From NCBI RefSeq assembly GCF_039654945.1, contig NW_027361824.1, positions 12,772,001-12,836,000 of the forward strand: a DNA stretch of 64,000 bases. Reading direction: 5' to 3'. The number at the start of each line of letters is the position of its first letter. Position 1 is the first letter of the stretch. A program made the position numbers and the translations under genes. The notes beneath the pieces are model-generated. The model was not told the origin of the DNA. It ran no database searches and saw only the letters and a list, made by a program, of their open reading frames with translations. The DNA is from Dendrobates tinctorius (taxonomy: Eukaryota). Below are positions 38,701 to 50,578 of this stretch, piece by piece.

Positions 38701-40372
38701 CTCACCACACATCTAGATAAGTTCCTTAGGGGATCTAGTTTCCAAAATGGTGTCATTTGTGGGGGGTTTCCACTGTTTTGGTACATCAGGAGTTTTCCAA
38801 ACGCGACATGGTGTCCGATCTCAATTCCAGCCAAAAACGTCAAATGGCACTGCTTCCCTTCCGAGCTCTGCCATGCGCCCAAATAGTGGTTTACCCCCAC
38901 ATGTGGAGTGTCAGCGTACTCAGGACAAATTGCACAATAACTTTTAGGGTCCTGTTACCCTTGGAAAAATAAGAATTGAGGGTGAAAAGATCATTTTTGT
39001 GGAAAAAATATGATTTTTTAATTGTATGGCTTTATGTTATAAACTTCTGTGAAGCTCATGGGGGTTCAAAGTTCTCACCACACATCTAGATAAGTTCCTT
39101 AGGGGATCTAGTTTCCAAAATGGTGTCATTTGTGGGGGGTTTCCACTGTTTTGGTACATCAGGAGTTTTCCAAACGCGACATGGTGTCCGATCTCAATTC
39201 CAGACAAAAACGTCAAATGGCACTGCTTCCCTTCCGAGCTCTGCCATGCGCCCAAATAGTGGTTTACCCCCACATGTGGGGTATCAGCGTACTCAGGACA
39301 AATTGCACAATAACTTTTAGGGTCCTGTTACCCTTGGGAAAATAAAAATTGGGGTGAAAAGATCATTTTTGTGGAAAAAATATGATTTTTTAATTGTACC
39401 ACTGTACGTTATAAACTTCTGTAAAGCCCTTGTGGGTTCAAAGTTCTCACCACATATCTAGATAAGTTCCTTGGAGGGTCTAGTTTCCAAAATGGGGTCA
39501 CTTGTAGGGGGTTTCCACTGTTTAGGTACATCAGGGACTCTCCAAACGTGACATGGCGTCCGATCTGAATTCCAGCCAATTTTGCATTGAAAAAGTCAAA
39601 TGGCGCTCCTTCCATTCTGAGCTCTGCCATGCGCCGAAACAGTCGTTCCCCCCCACAAATCAGGTATCAGCGTACTCAGGAGAAATTGGACTGCAAAAGT
39701 TATTGTGCAATTTGTCCTGTTACCCTTGGTAAAATAAAAAAAAATTGAACCTGAAGTATTTTTTTTGTGAAAAAAAGTTAGATGTTCATTTCTTTTTAAA
39801 TATTCGAAAAAATTCCTGTGACAAACCTAATGGGTTAATAAACTTCTTGAATGTGGTTTTGAGCACCTTAAGGGGTTCAGTTTTTAGAATGGTGTCACTT
39901 TTGGGTATTTTCTATCATTATAGACCCCTCAAAGTGGCTTCAAATGTGATGTGGTCCTAAAAATAAAATGGTGTTGTAAAAATGAGAAATCGCTGGTCAA
40001 CTTTTAACCCTTATAACTTCCTAACAAAAAAAAATTTTGGTTCCAAAATTGTGCTGATGTAAAGTAAACGTGGGAAATGTTACTTATCAAATTTTTTGTG
40101 TGCCGTATCTCTGTGATTTAAGGGCATAAAAATTCAAAGTTGGAAAATTGCGACATTTTCAAAATTTTTGCCAAATTTCCATTTTTTTCACAAATAAACG
40201 CAAGTTAATTTTACCACTAACATGAAGTACAATATGTCACGAGAAAACAATGTCAGAATCACCGGGATCAATGGAAGCGTTCCAGAGTTATGACCTCATT
40301 AAGGTACAGTGGTCAGAATTGTAAAAATTGGCCCGGTCATGAACTTGCAAACCACCCTTGGGGGTGAAGGGG
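35776..40372. mobile_element. Non-autonomous piggyBac-like element with internal ~370-390 bp tandem repeats
   Basis: TTAA|CCCCTTC ... GAAGGGG|TTAA; no transposase ORF; internal repeat anchored on TTATAAACTTCTGTGAAGC at ~37886, 38275, 38664, 39037, 39409. Confidence 0.8.
37205..37545. mobile_element. MITE nested in the piggyBac-like element (same family as 25410-25766)
   Basis: GGCTGTGTGCACACGCTGCGG ... CCGCAGCGTGTGCACACAGCC, flanked by TAA/TTA within a GTTAGG tract. Confidence 0.88.
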
Positions 40373-40554
40373 TTAAAAAATAATTTACAAATATAAGGTG
40401 TGTTGTTTTTTTTTTGTTTTTTTGTGCACTAGCAGCACTGTACATCCCATCTGCCCCACAGCTGGAGAGGGATGGAAATGATCAGGCACTCCTGCAATAC
40501 CAGAGGGTCTTGTATTAGGGAGAAGCAGTTGCTATCCTCAATGAAAGTGAGACA

Positions 40555-40587
40555 TGCAATTCCTTATTTGACCAGCAGGTGGCAGCA
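40555..40587 (+). promoter_or_regulatory. Candidate CTCF site with upstream motif
   Basis: TGACCAGCAGGTGGCAGCA matches the CTCF core CCASYAGRKGGCRS; TGCAATTCC sits just upstream, where the ZF9-11 upstream motif is expected. Confidence 0.6.
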
Positions 40588-41563
40588 CTGACTATGGATG
40601 AGCTCAGTAGCCACGATCATTAATGATCTTTATGTTATTAGCAGTGGTGGCTGCAAAATATAAGATATCCGCGGATATATATTCTGGTCATGTGACCTGT
40701 GGGTGTTATAATGCATGAGAGGAAGGCAGCAGAAATACTGGAAACATCTACACCAACCGGGTATATAAATACACACAGACCGCTGCGGGCGCTTTATTTT
40801 TAGGCTCTGAGCAGGTGTCTATGGGGATTTCCTGCAGGATCTCCGGTTTCTTCTCCACCGTGGTAATTATAAGGACGTCTCGTGCAATACAGACAAGACT
40901 GGTGAAGACCCTTTATAAACTTGATTCTGCTTAACCTCTTTTTTTTTTTTTTTTTTATTCCCTTCCATGAATAATGGACTGTGCAATTGAGGAAAGAGAA
41001 GTGACAACCGCTGGAGATACAATATATCTGTGCTTGATGTGTTATTGTAGAAACCGGGAAATATCAGCCCGATGTCATAGGATAATATAGTGTTTACCTG
41101 CAGCCACCACTAGATGGAGCTCCTGAGTTGACTGTGTACTGGTTTATTGATTTGAATGGATGTCCAGTAAGCTCTTGTGCTCCCTCTAGTGGCTGCAGAA
41201 AAAAATTGCATCATTTAAGTCTCCGCAGGCGATTTAGATATTTGTGTCCTATAAACTGAGCTGTGATCGCAATAAAGAGAAAATAGGACAGAGTATTGGA
41301 GGGAATGCAGAATAATAGAAACTGGTAAACCATCAAAACTAATGCAGCATAAATAAGTAAATATATTTCCATTGCAATACCTCTCCCAGACTGAATTTTA
41401 AGGTGGCGCTAATGTGACAGTCTTTATTTTAAAGAAAGAAGTTTGCATGAATGTCCGGAAGGCATGGAGGTTATTATGTGGTTGTTACTAATGTGTATAC
41501 ATAATAGGAGAGACAATAGGAAAAAATGGATAATTAAGAAAATAACAGCTTTTTTTTTTCCTG

Positions 41564-41569
41564 TTTATT
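41564..41569 (-). terminator. SERPINH1: Probable SERPINH1 poly(A) signal
   Basis: AATAAA on the minus strand ~750 nt after the stop, followed by a T-rich downstream region. An alternative signal lies near 41719-24. Confidence 0.55.
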
Positions 41570-42315
41570 GCTAAATTCAACACGCGCTCATCAATCAAAC
41601 CGTTTGTAACTTACAAAATAAAGATTTTGTGAATCCACATTGTGAAAGTAATTCAAAATCCCCTTTACTTTTTTTTGTAGATTTTTTTTTTTGTTAAATA
41701 AATTGTTCTTTTTTTTTTTTTTATTTTACCTCCCTCCCTCCATCTTCTCCCACAAATGCAAATCCTTAAAAAAAAAAGTAATAAAAAAAAAAAATGCATA
41801 CACGTGGTGCAATAAGTTATTGCAGAGTTGTCGGTGGCCCTCGTTCATGACACAGGCATTTCAAATAGATTAGCAGACACAGTTCCCCTGAAATAACGGC
41901 ATTAAGAGCCTTTTTATCTGCATCTGATAGAACATACAAAGCAATTTACAGAGGCTCTGGTGGTAGTGGAGGGAACTTGGAGGTCCAAGAGGTATTTAAT
42001 GACTCTCCAAGGCCATGTAAACCTAGCACCATCTCGGAACCCTCAACTCCACATGTACAGTAGTCCTTGAGGTCATGCCATTGGTCCCCTTACTGCAATG
42101 TGAAGTCTCGGTCTACCCCATGAGGTCTACATGGCCTTAACGCATATGTTGGCTGAACCCTTTGATTTGGGAGAGGCTGGCAAAGATCCTACATCGAGAC
42201 CTCCCATGGAACAACCATCGCTTTGGTGGAATGGTCATCAACATGTTCCTTTCAATGAACAGAATTTTTTAGAACTACCCAACCCTACCCCCCCAACCTC
42301 CTTCACTTATTGGGG

Positions 42316-42618
42316 CTATAATTCATCACGCATCTTCTCCCCCTTTGGCCTGATCAATCTACCAATAAACAGGATAGAGACCGTCTTGTTGTCCTTGATC
42401 AGGAAGACGAAGGGATGATCTGTGTAGAAGAGCTTCGGGCTCCTCAGCTCTTCTCTGGCATATAGGTCAGTATCAAATGGGTTCCCTTCTGTGTCCCATT
42501 CAAGGGCAGCAGCATGGAAGAGGTTGGACAAGTAGAGGTCTTTCTTTCCGGAGATCTTGGAAAGGTCTGCTTTGGACTTGTCGATGGCTTCGGTGAGACC
42601 AAGTTCTCCTAAGTGTTT
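42316..42618 (-). CDS. SERPINH1: SERPINH1 last coding exon
   Basis: tag|AAA CAC TTA GGA ([30 protein letters not shown]...MRDEL*). Confidence 0.97.
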   Translation of the reverse strand, partial: KHLGELGLTEAIDKSKADLSKISGKKDLYLSNLFHAAALEWDTEGNPFDTDLYAREELRSPKLFYTDHPFVFLIKDNKTVSILFIGRLIRPKGEKMRDEL

Positions 42619-44490
42619 CTAAAAGGAAAAGATGTTCAAGAGCACAAGATGTAACTAGAGTCATTCAATCCAAATCACCTGATGGCTCATCCACCCAACA
42701 CCAACGATATCATCTGATGACTCATCTACCTAACTCCGAAGATATCATCTGGTGACTCATCTAACCAACTCCGAAGATATCATCTGATAACTCACCTACC
42801 CAACTCCAAAGATATCATCTAATGACTCATCTGCCCAACTCCAAAGATATCATCTAATGACTCATCTACCCAACTCCAAAGATATCTAATGACTCATCTA
42901 CCCAACTCCAAAGATATCATCTAATGACTCATCTACCCAACTCCAAATATATCATCTGATGACTCATCTACCCAACACTGAAGATATCATCTGATGACCA
43001 AGATGTTTTGTGACTATCAATAGTCTATCTCAGGTTCTGTAGATCTACTGCATCATCTTAGGGTAATCCCTTAGGTGGGTCTGCTTTAGTCGTAATTTAG
43101 AACTTGCGCTTAGACTTAGTGAAGGTGACTTGAGCCAACGAGACGGTTTAAGGATGGCCATGTGCCAAAATGTTGCTGTTTATGCTTGTGTGAAAGCATG
43201 AATTGATCGCGTTTGAGATGTTTTTCCACCTTCGCATGGGCTAAAATGACACATAACCCCAAGGCAGCACGCCATCTTGGACCTGGTTCACACAACACCC
43301 ACTCAAACACAGCAAGGGTGACATCTTGGCCATACATTATACTATGATGGTTCCTACCTGAAGGTCATGGCTGACTTCCATACTGACTTTGGGTAGAGAC
43401 ACGGCAACTGCTCTCTTCTGCATATTTCCAATCCAGGTCTTCACCTGCTCTCTGGTCAAGAGTTTCTCCACTCTCTCCAAAGGCTCCACATGGTAGGGCA
43501 TAATGATGATCATGCTGGACAGCTTGTGGGCCAGAGGCATCTCTAAGATTTGGAGGGTGTTGACCTCATCCTCGTAATAGTTGTACATTCCTGAAAAGAA
43601 ACATTATCGTGGTAAATATCAGATAAGGGAAACTGAGTGGAAACAACATCTCTGCACCCTGAAGTGACTTACCTGTGCGATGCATCATGGGGACAGAGAC
43701 AGTGAAGGAACGGGTCACCATGAAGCCTCGGTTATCAACCATCTTGTGGTGGAATTTTTCATCCCAGTGGGCTGTGAAGTGAGACAACACATATTAGTTA
43801 GTTGGGTTGAAAGTTTGTGTCATGGTACATTACCTCAATGATGGTCATGTGCTGGGATTACATACGTTTGAAGAACATGGCGTTGACAATAAGGGCACCA
43901 TCAGTCTTCTCCACCTCGGTGGTCACCTCAGGAAGTTTGCCGTCAGTGGTCTGTGCCGCCCACTCATTGATGGACTTTAGAGCGCTTCTCTTGTCTCGGA
44001 AGTTGATCTTGGAGTGTTCATAGTTGTAATGTTTCTTGCTGTTCTTCACAAAGTCATCAGAGAAGCTGATGGAGCTTGGTCCGTAGAGCCGATTTCCAAG
44101 CTTCCAGGTGACATTCCGAGCTGTGGAGTTGCTGACTTCATTGAGAAGCTCGGAGAGCCCTGCATGGATGTGGTCGTCGCTCAGTTTGTCAACATTCAGC
44201 ACAGCTTTGGCCTGGGCGGCAGTGCTGGATTGACCAGCCAGGTTTACCAGACCGAGAGAAGAAGCCACCACCACTGGTGAAAGTAGGATGTTTTCCACAT
44301 TCTTATCTTTGACAATGGTATGGTAGAGATTGAAGGCAAGACCCGCACTCTTATCGGCCAGGGTGTTGGCCTGTTGACTAATCTTCTTCTCTACTGGAGC
44401 CTCTTTGGCCACTTTCTTCACCGCTTTCTTATCAACTGCTGCATCCACAGCAAAGATGAGGCCAAGAGCTAAGAACTTTATCATCCACAT
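42316..44490 (-). CDS. SERPINH1: Serpin H1 / HSP47 collagen chaperone, spliced CDS of 1260 nt / 419 aa
   Basis: GCCACC-ATG Kozak context at 44490; signal peptide; [16 protein letters not shown]; NAMFFKPHWDEKF; [13 protein letters not shown]; C-terminal ER-retrieval RDEL. Exons of 625, 99, 233 and 303 nt with GT-AG introns. Confidence 0.98.
42680..42998. repeat. 35-bp minisatellite in the last SERPINH1 intron (GATATCATCTAATGACTCATCTACCCAACTCCAAA)
   Basis: About 9 copies, 7 of them with a perfect TGACTCA. Confidence 0.9.
43358..43590 (-). CDS. SERPINH1: SERPINH1 coding exon 3
   Basis: cag|GA ATG TAC (MYNYYEDE...EVSHDLQ)|gtagg; 233 nt. Confidence 0.97.
43673..43771 (-). CDS. SERPINH1: SERPINH1 coding exon 2
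   Basis: cag|CC CAC TGG GAT ([34 protein letters not shown])|gtaagt; 99 nt. Confidence 0.97.
43866..44490 (-). CDS. SERPINH1: SERPINH1 coding exon 1 (exon starts at 44524 with 5'UTR)
   Basis: [10 protein letters not shown]...NAMFFK C|gtatg; acceptor TTCTTCTGTTCTCTCGTAG ends at 44525. Confidence 0.96.
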
Positions 44491-44929
44491 GGTGGCGTCC
44501 AAAGTAGGAAGCGACAATGTGATTCTACGAGAGAACAGAAGAATGCCCAGTGAGCACGGGTCCTAAAAACTACCAGCATTCAGAATTGGTCAAATGTGGA
44601 AGGTTTTTGAATGTTTTTGTTCTTTTTTTTGCTTAGTTTTTAAATAACTGCAGTTATAATAATGATTAATCTCGTCTGAGTCTCCTCATATGGGTGTATG
44701 CTTGTGAAACATTACAGAAGTGTAGCCGGCGGCTATGATGCCGATATTATATCACTGGTGCCCAACCCTGATGTGTCGCTCCTCCCTGCAGACAAGTCTG
44801 GTCCTAGCACTGCCTGAGGGGACGAATTATTGCTAGGGTTTACCAAGTGTGAAGGCCAAAAATAAGTGTGATGGCGCAGTCATGCAGAACAGCGCTCAAG
44901 CGGTGGGTAATGATCTGCTAAACAGATGC

Positions 44930-45238
44930 AAAAAAACAAAAACCCTAAATGTAATAGAAAACAAATTACAATCACGAGAAATAGAGTAAAGATAAACTAA
45001 AAAATAAGTTAAGAAGGAAAATAATAATAAGAAAAATACAGATTACAAAAAATGTATCCTATTGAAAACTGCAGGATGTAAGTATGGAAAAGGACTATAA
45101 AATAAATAAAATATCTCATTTTAAATAATGAAAGAAATAAAAATATATAAAACAAGGATTATACAGAATTTAAAAAAAAAAAAGAAACAGGAAATATAAA
45201 AAAAATCCATACCACTAAATGCTGTGCAAAATGCATGA

Positions 45239-45299
<61 letters not shown>

Positions 45300-46070
45300 A
45301 TAAATAAAATAAAAATATAAGTTAAAGAAAAAATACACCATTGAAAACTTAAAAAAAAAATGGATGCCTAAAATGGGAAACAATAAAAAAATTTAGATTA
45401 AAATATTTAAAGAAATAAAATTAAAAAAAAATATGAAAATGGGAAAATAATTCTAAAAATACAAATTAAAAAAATTCTACTCCATTGAAAAATCTGAAAA
45501 AATGGATTCATAATAAAGGAAACAATAAATAATAATGCAAAATATATAAATTTAAATAATTAAAACCGAAAAGGAATATATATATAAATATTATAAATAA
45601 ATACATATATAAATAATATATATATTATATCTATATAATTTTACAAATATAAATTAAAGAAATTGTACTCCATTGAAAACTCTGAAAAATGGATGCATTA
45701 AAAAGAAAACAACAAATAATAATAAAATAATAATAATGATAATATATATATCGTATATGTATAAATTAAAATAAATAAAATATAAAAAGGAAAATAAGCC
45801 TAAAAATGCAAATTAAAAAAAAATCTACACCATTGAAAGCTCTGAAAAAATGGATACCTAAAAAAGGAAATAATAAAAAAAATGAAAATAATTAAAGAAA
45901 TAAAAAAATATAAAAAAGGAAAATAATGAAAAAAAATACAAATTAAAAAAAAAATTACTCCATTGAAAACTCTGGAATGTGAAAAATTAATTTAAAAAAA
46001 ATTAATAAAATCTTGCCCTGAATTATAAAGCTGTGATTGTTGTAAAAAAAAAAAAAAAAAAAATAACTTG
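44930..46070. repeat. A-rich low-complexity region with a (TA)n microsatellite (~45245-45292) and a decayed 130-280 bp repeat
   Basis: Recurrent CCATTGAAAACTCTGAAAAAATGGA-like anchors at ~45058, 45338, 45481, 45669, 45830, 45959. Confidence 0.75.
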
Positions 46071-47421
46071 GTTATTGGATCAAATCCTACAGCTCCACCC
46101 AGACGCAGAACAAAAGCTGTGTGCTGGAGCTAAGGTTCTTGCAGTAAGTAAGTGCACCCTAGTAATAAGCAGAGATTGCTGCACAGATTTCTGGCCCCGG
46201 TGGGAATCAGACGCTGAATATTAAGAGATCAGAAGGGTCAGATACCTGTAAAGAGTTTCATAGTGAGTTCAAGGTTTGCAATTTTCATTCTGAAAGAGAC
46301 AGACACATGAAGCCAAAATCCAGAGGAAACATATGAAATCTAATTCACCCTGATTGCGCTATGTCCTGGGGGTCTTGTGCTCCTGATGGGGGGCGCAGTG
46401 AGGGGAGGGGGTGCGGAGGATGCTGATGTGGCAGGAAATAGACTCATTCTATATTCGCATTTTCTTTTCAGCCTCCGATCCCTTTTTTCAGAAGAGTTTG
46501 TCCCAATGTATCAGGAACTTCTCATGTATAGCACCACGGATCAATGGTGCTATATAAATAAATAATAATAACTTTATTATGGCTACGACACCCGACAGAT
46601 CGGCGGCATCCTATAAATAAGCCATTGTACTCAATGTGACATGTCATCCTGTGTCTCCCTTGCCCGGGTTTGGGAAAAGGACATGACCGCACTTCCCAAC
46701 TTCCATTGCCATCCTCACCTGGGTGTACTTTTATTTTCTTTATGAAAAAACTGGGACCTGATAACTTTAGGGTTAATGTAAAAAAAATCCTGCCCATGGC
46801 AATGTCAGGTTAGAGGAGACACAACTGTCTGGAGCTTCTGAGAATTTTGTAACAATCCTCCCACATTCCATGGGAACGTTCCTGATACATTGTAGCAACG
46901 CAGAAGACTTTGTGTCCGTCACTCGTTCTCCATGGAAACGTGATGGATACATTGTAACAATGCAGGAAAACATGGAGCTGATTGGCTATTCTCCATGGAA
47001 ACGTTATAACTACGTTGTTACATTCCACAAGTGATGTGGAAACAATATAGATACAATGTAGAGATGAGGGTAATCATCTATGCTGATGTTCCATATGTGT
47101 TCTCCTTGCTGCAATGCAGAGATAAGATGACTGTACTTGTATGTATTATGTACACCCCTCCTCACATGGAAAGTGTCATGGAATAAATGGCGCTATAATA
47201 ATAATAAATAATAAGAATAATAATGATATATGATGGTACGTTGCTGCAGCTCGCCTTTATTACAGGAACGTCTAAATAGGTCTATACATCTCCAACAGGG
47301 CCCCCCACTATCAGGAGTCTTGGTCTTCTCATTAGACCCCCGTACCCGTTCTAGTTACACCACAATAGGGTCGCCTGTCCCTTGTTCATATGACCCCCCC
47401 ATGTAGCAGAGTTGGACCCAC

Positions 47422-47475
47422 CTTATCGGGAGGCGTTTGGCGGTTCTCTCTCTCTACCAGTGTCTTCTTTTTCTG
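47422..47475 (-). other. SERPINH1: Probable SERPINH1 non-coding exon 1
   Basis: Begins ~27 nt downstream of the TATA box; donor AAG|GTGGGT at 47421. TSS approximate. Confidence 0.65.
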
Positions 47476-47500
47476 CTGTCCTCCTCTCCCACCGCTCCCC

Positions 47501-47535
47501 CTATATACCCAGCAGAGGAAAGTTCTGGAACTTTG
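47501..47535 (-). promoter_or_regulatory. SERPINH1: SERPINH1 promoter: TATA box and heat-shock element
   Basis: TATATAG (minus, 47501-07); perfect nGAAnnTTCnnGAAn = gGAAagTTCtgGAAc at 47517-31. HSP47 is a known HSF1 target. Confidence 0.85.
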
Positions 47536-47991
47536 AAAAAAGTTTATTTAAACGGGGGAAGTTGACTGCCCCCTCCTGCAGCTCTCCTCCCTCCTGCTGG
47601 AGACAGCCCCTCACATTCCTGCGCTCCCTCCGCCTAATCCCTGACAATGTGGCATCAGAGGGTTGTTCTGTGCTAAGAGGGCATCTGCCCAGATCTGGTG
47701 ATGTGTGATAGGTGCCACCCAGGCCCTGGCATCACAGATAATAGCTACAGGGGGCAGGAGGAGCCGAAAGACCCTGGTGGAAACAGACAGAGGGGGGGCC
47801 CTGTTGATGAACAGTATAGGGGCATTTTGCAGCTCAATAACTCATCATAATGCAGAATTCCACCGGCTTTGAAAGTGGATGCGGCCCCCTGACTGCACAG
47901 GTTTCAACAATATGTCCACCCCTACATGAAGACCCCTCTGCCGTGAACAGAAACACTGGTAATGCTCTGCATGTACCTTCATTATAATGAG

Positions 47992-49246
47992 TACACTATA
48001 GACGTATAGGGTAACACAGCCGACACCTGGCCCTATACAGACACTATAGACGTATAGGGTAACACAGCCGACACCTGGCCCTATACAGGCACTATAGACG
48101 TATAGGGTAACACAGCCGACACCTGGCCCTATACAGACACTATAGACGTATAGGGTAACACAGCCGGCACCTGGCCCTATACAGGCACTATAGACGTATA
48201 GGGTAACACAGCCGACACCTGGCCCTATACAGGCACTATAGACGTATAGGGTAACACAGCCAACACCTGGCCCTATACAGACACTATAGACGTATAGGGT
48301 AACAGCCGACACCTGGCCCTATACAGACACTATAGACGTATAGGGTAACACAGCCGACACCTGGCCCTATACAGGCACTATAGACGTATAGGGTAACACA
48401 GCCAACACCTGGCCCTATACAGGCACTATAGACGTATAGGGTAACACAGCCAACACCTGGCCCTATACAGACACTATAGACGTATAGGGTAACACAGCCG
48501 ACACCTGGCCCTATACAGGCACTATAGACGTATAGGGTAACACAGCCGATACCTGGCCCTATACAGGCACTATAGACGTATAGGGTAACACAGCCGACAC
48601 CTGGCCTTATACAGACACTATAGACGTATAGGATAACACAGCCGACACCTGGCCCTATACAGGCACTATAGACGTATAGGGTAACACAGCCGACACCTGG
48701 CCCTATACAGGCACTATAGACGTATAGGGTAACACAGCCAACACCTGGCCCTATACAGGCACTATAGACGTATAGGGTAACACAGCCAACACCTGGCCCT
48801 ATACAGACACTATAGACGTATAGAGTAACACAGCCGACACCTGGCCCTATATAGGCACTATAAATGTATAGGGTAACAGCCGACACCTGGCCCTATACAG
48901 GCACTATAGACGTATAGGGTAAGACAGCCGACACCTGGCCCTATACAGGCACTATAGACGTATAGGGTAACACAGCCGACACCTGGCCCTATACAGGCAC
49001 TATAGACGTATAGGGTAACACAGCCGACAACTGGCCCTGTACAGGCACTATAGACGTATAGGGTAACACAGCCGACACCTGGCCCTATACAGGCACTATA
49101 GACGTATAGGGTAACACAGCCGACACCTGGCCCTATACAGGCACTATAGACGTATAGGGTAACACAGCCGACACCTGGCCCTATACAGGCACTATAGACG
49201 TATAGGGTAACACAGCCGACACCTGGCCCTATACAGACACTATAGA
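47992..49246. repeat. 48-bp minisatellite (CACTATAGACGTATAGGGTAACACAGCCGACACCTGGCCCTATACAGG)
   Basis: About 26 tandem copies; each has an internal GTATAGGG/CCCTATAC inverted repeat. Confidence 0.96.
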
Positions 49247-49437
49247 CCAGGGGAAGAGTCTTGAGGAGATCATTTGCATATTTCCAGTGCCTTCTGGGAT
49301 AAGTGAAGAGTCTCCGCGAGCTCAACGATCACTGGGTTTTGGCCGTTGCAGCTGAAAAGAGGAAATCGGAAAACCAGGGGAAGAGTCTTGAGGAGATAAT
49401 TTTGGCTCATCTTTCATCGTTTTTAAGAAATCTCAAG

Positions 49438-50399
49438 ATGGAAGAGGCCAGGAGCCATTTGGTGAGCTGCATTTCTTGCTACATGTTCACAGATTTACCA
49501 GTGGAAAAGCCAAACTTCACATGCCACAAATGCAGCTTGTGTCCCTGTTGGAGGAAAAGTTGCAAAATCTCGAAGAGAGGTTAGCTACATTGAAGATCAT
49601 TAAGGAAGGTGAAGAGTTCTTGGACAGAGCAGAATTATCTCTTCATGTTACAGAAAGAGAAGAAATTCGAAGTGCACCTGAAGAAACAGAGGAATGGAGA
49701 CATGTGACCCAGAGAAGCAGGAGGATCAGGAGGCAGTCAGCACCCATACTGCTCAGGAACCAGTACCAGGCTCTCACGCAGGAAAACAATGAAGAAATAC
49801 ATCAGGATAAGACTTTGCCAACAAACAGCAACCTTGTACGCCTTCAGAGTCCTCCTGGATGGAGAAAGAAAAATGTTGTGAAGAAGAAACGGAGAGTGGT
49901 GGTCATGGGGGATTCCCTGCTGAGAGGAACAGAGGCCGCTATCTGCAGACCGGATATAACTTCAAGAGAAATGTGCTGTCTTCCAGGTGCAAAAATTAAA
50001 GATGTGTCTGACAGGATATCAGGACTCTTCAGACCTACAGATGACTACCCATTCCTGCTACTACATGTGGGGACAAATGACACCGCAAGAAACGACCTGG
50101 AAACCATCTGCAGAGACTTTGAAGACTTAGGCAAGAAAGTGAAAGAACTGGGAGCGCAGGTGGTCTTCTCTTCCATCCTCCCAGTGGATGGCCATGGAAC
50201 AAGGAGGTGGAATAAGATTCTGCAGGTGAACAACTGGCTACGTCGATGGTGCCGTCAGCAACGATTTGGATTTCTGGATCACGGAGTGAACTACTTATAC
50301 GATGGACTACTTGCTAGAGATGGGGTGCACCTTACGAAGACTGGAAAGCATGTATTTGGAAGTCGCCTTGCTACACTTGTAAGGAAAGCTTTAAACTAG
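49438..50399 (+). CDS. CR1 ORF1 (zinc finger/coiled coil + SGNH esterase) with a 1-nt frameshift near 49535
   Basis: MEEARSHLVSCISC...CHKC zinc finger in one frame; LVSLLEEKLQNLEERL, VVMGDSLLRG, HVGTND and DGVHL in the next; ends ALN*. Confidence 0.88.
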
Positions 50400-50578
50400 A
50401 ACAACATGGGAAGGGAAGCAAAAGACCAGAAAAAGCCATACACCTGACAAATGCTATTGAGAACTCTGCTATTAGAAGTGGAAAGGAAGAACAAAGACGA
50501 AAGAATCTAATTAATAAAAATATTGGAGAAAGAGAAACCAATCACAAACTAAAATGTTTCTATACTAATGCACAAAGC

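Noticed and set aside
44491-44517. Upstream TTG start for SERPINH1 given by the ORF track
   Set aside because: The ATG at 44490 has a perfect Kozak context and begins the signal peptide.
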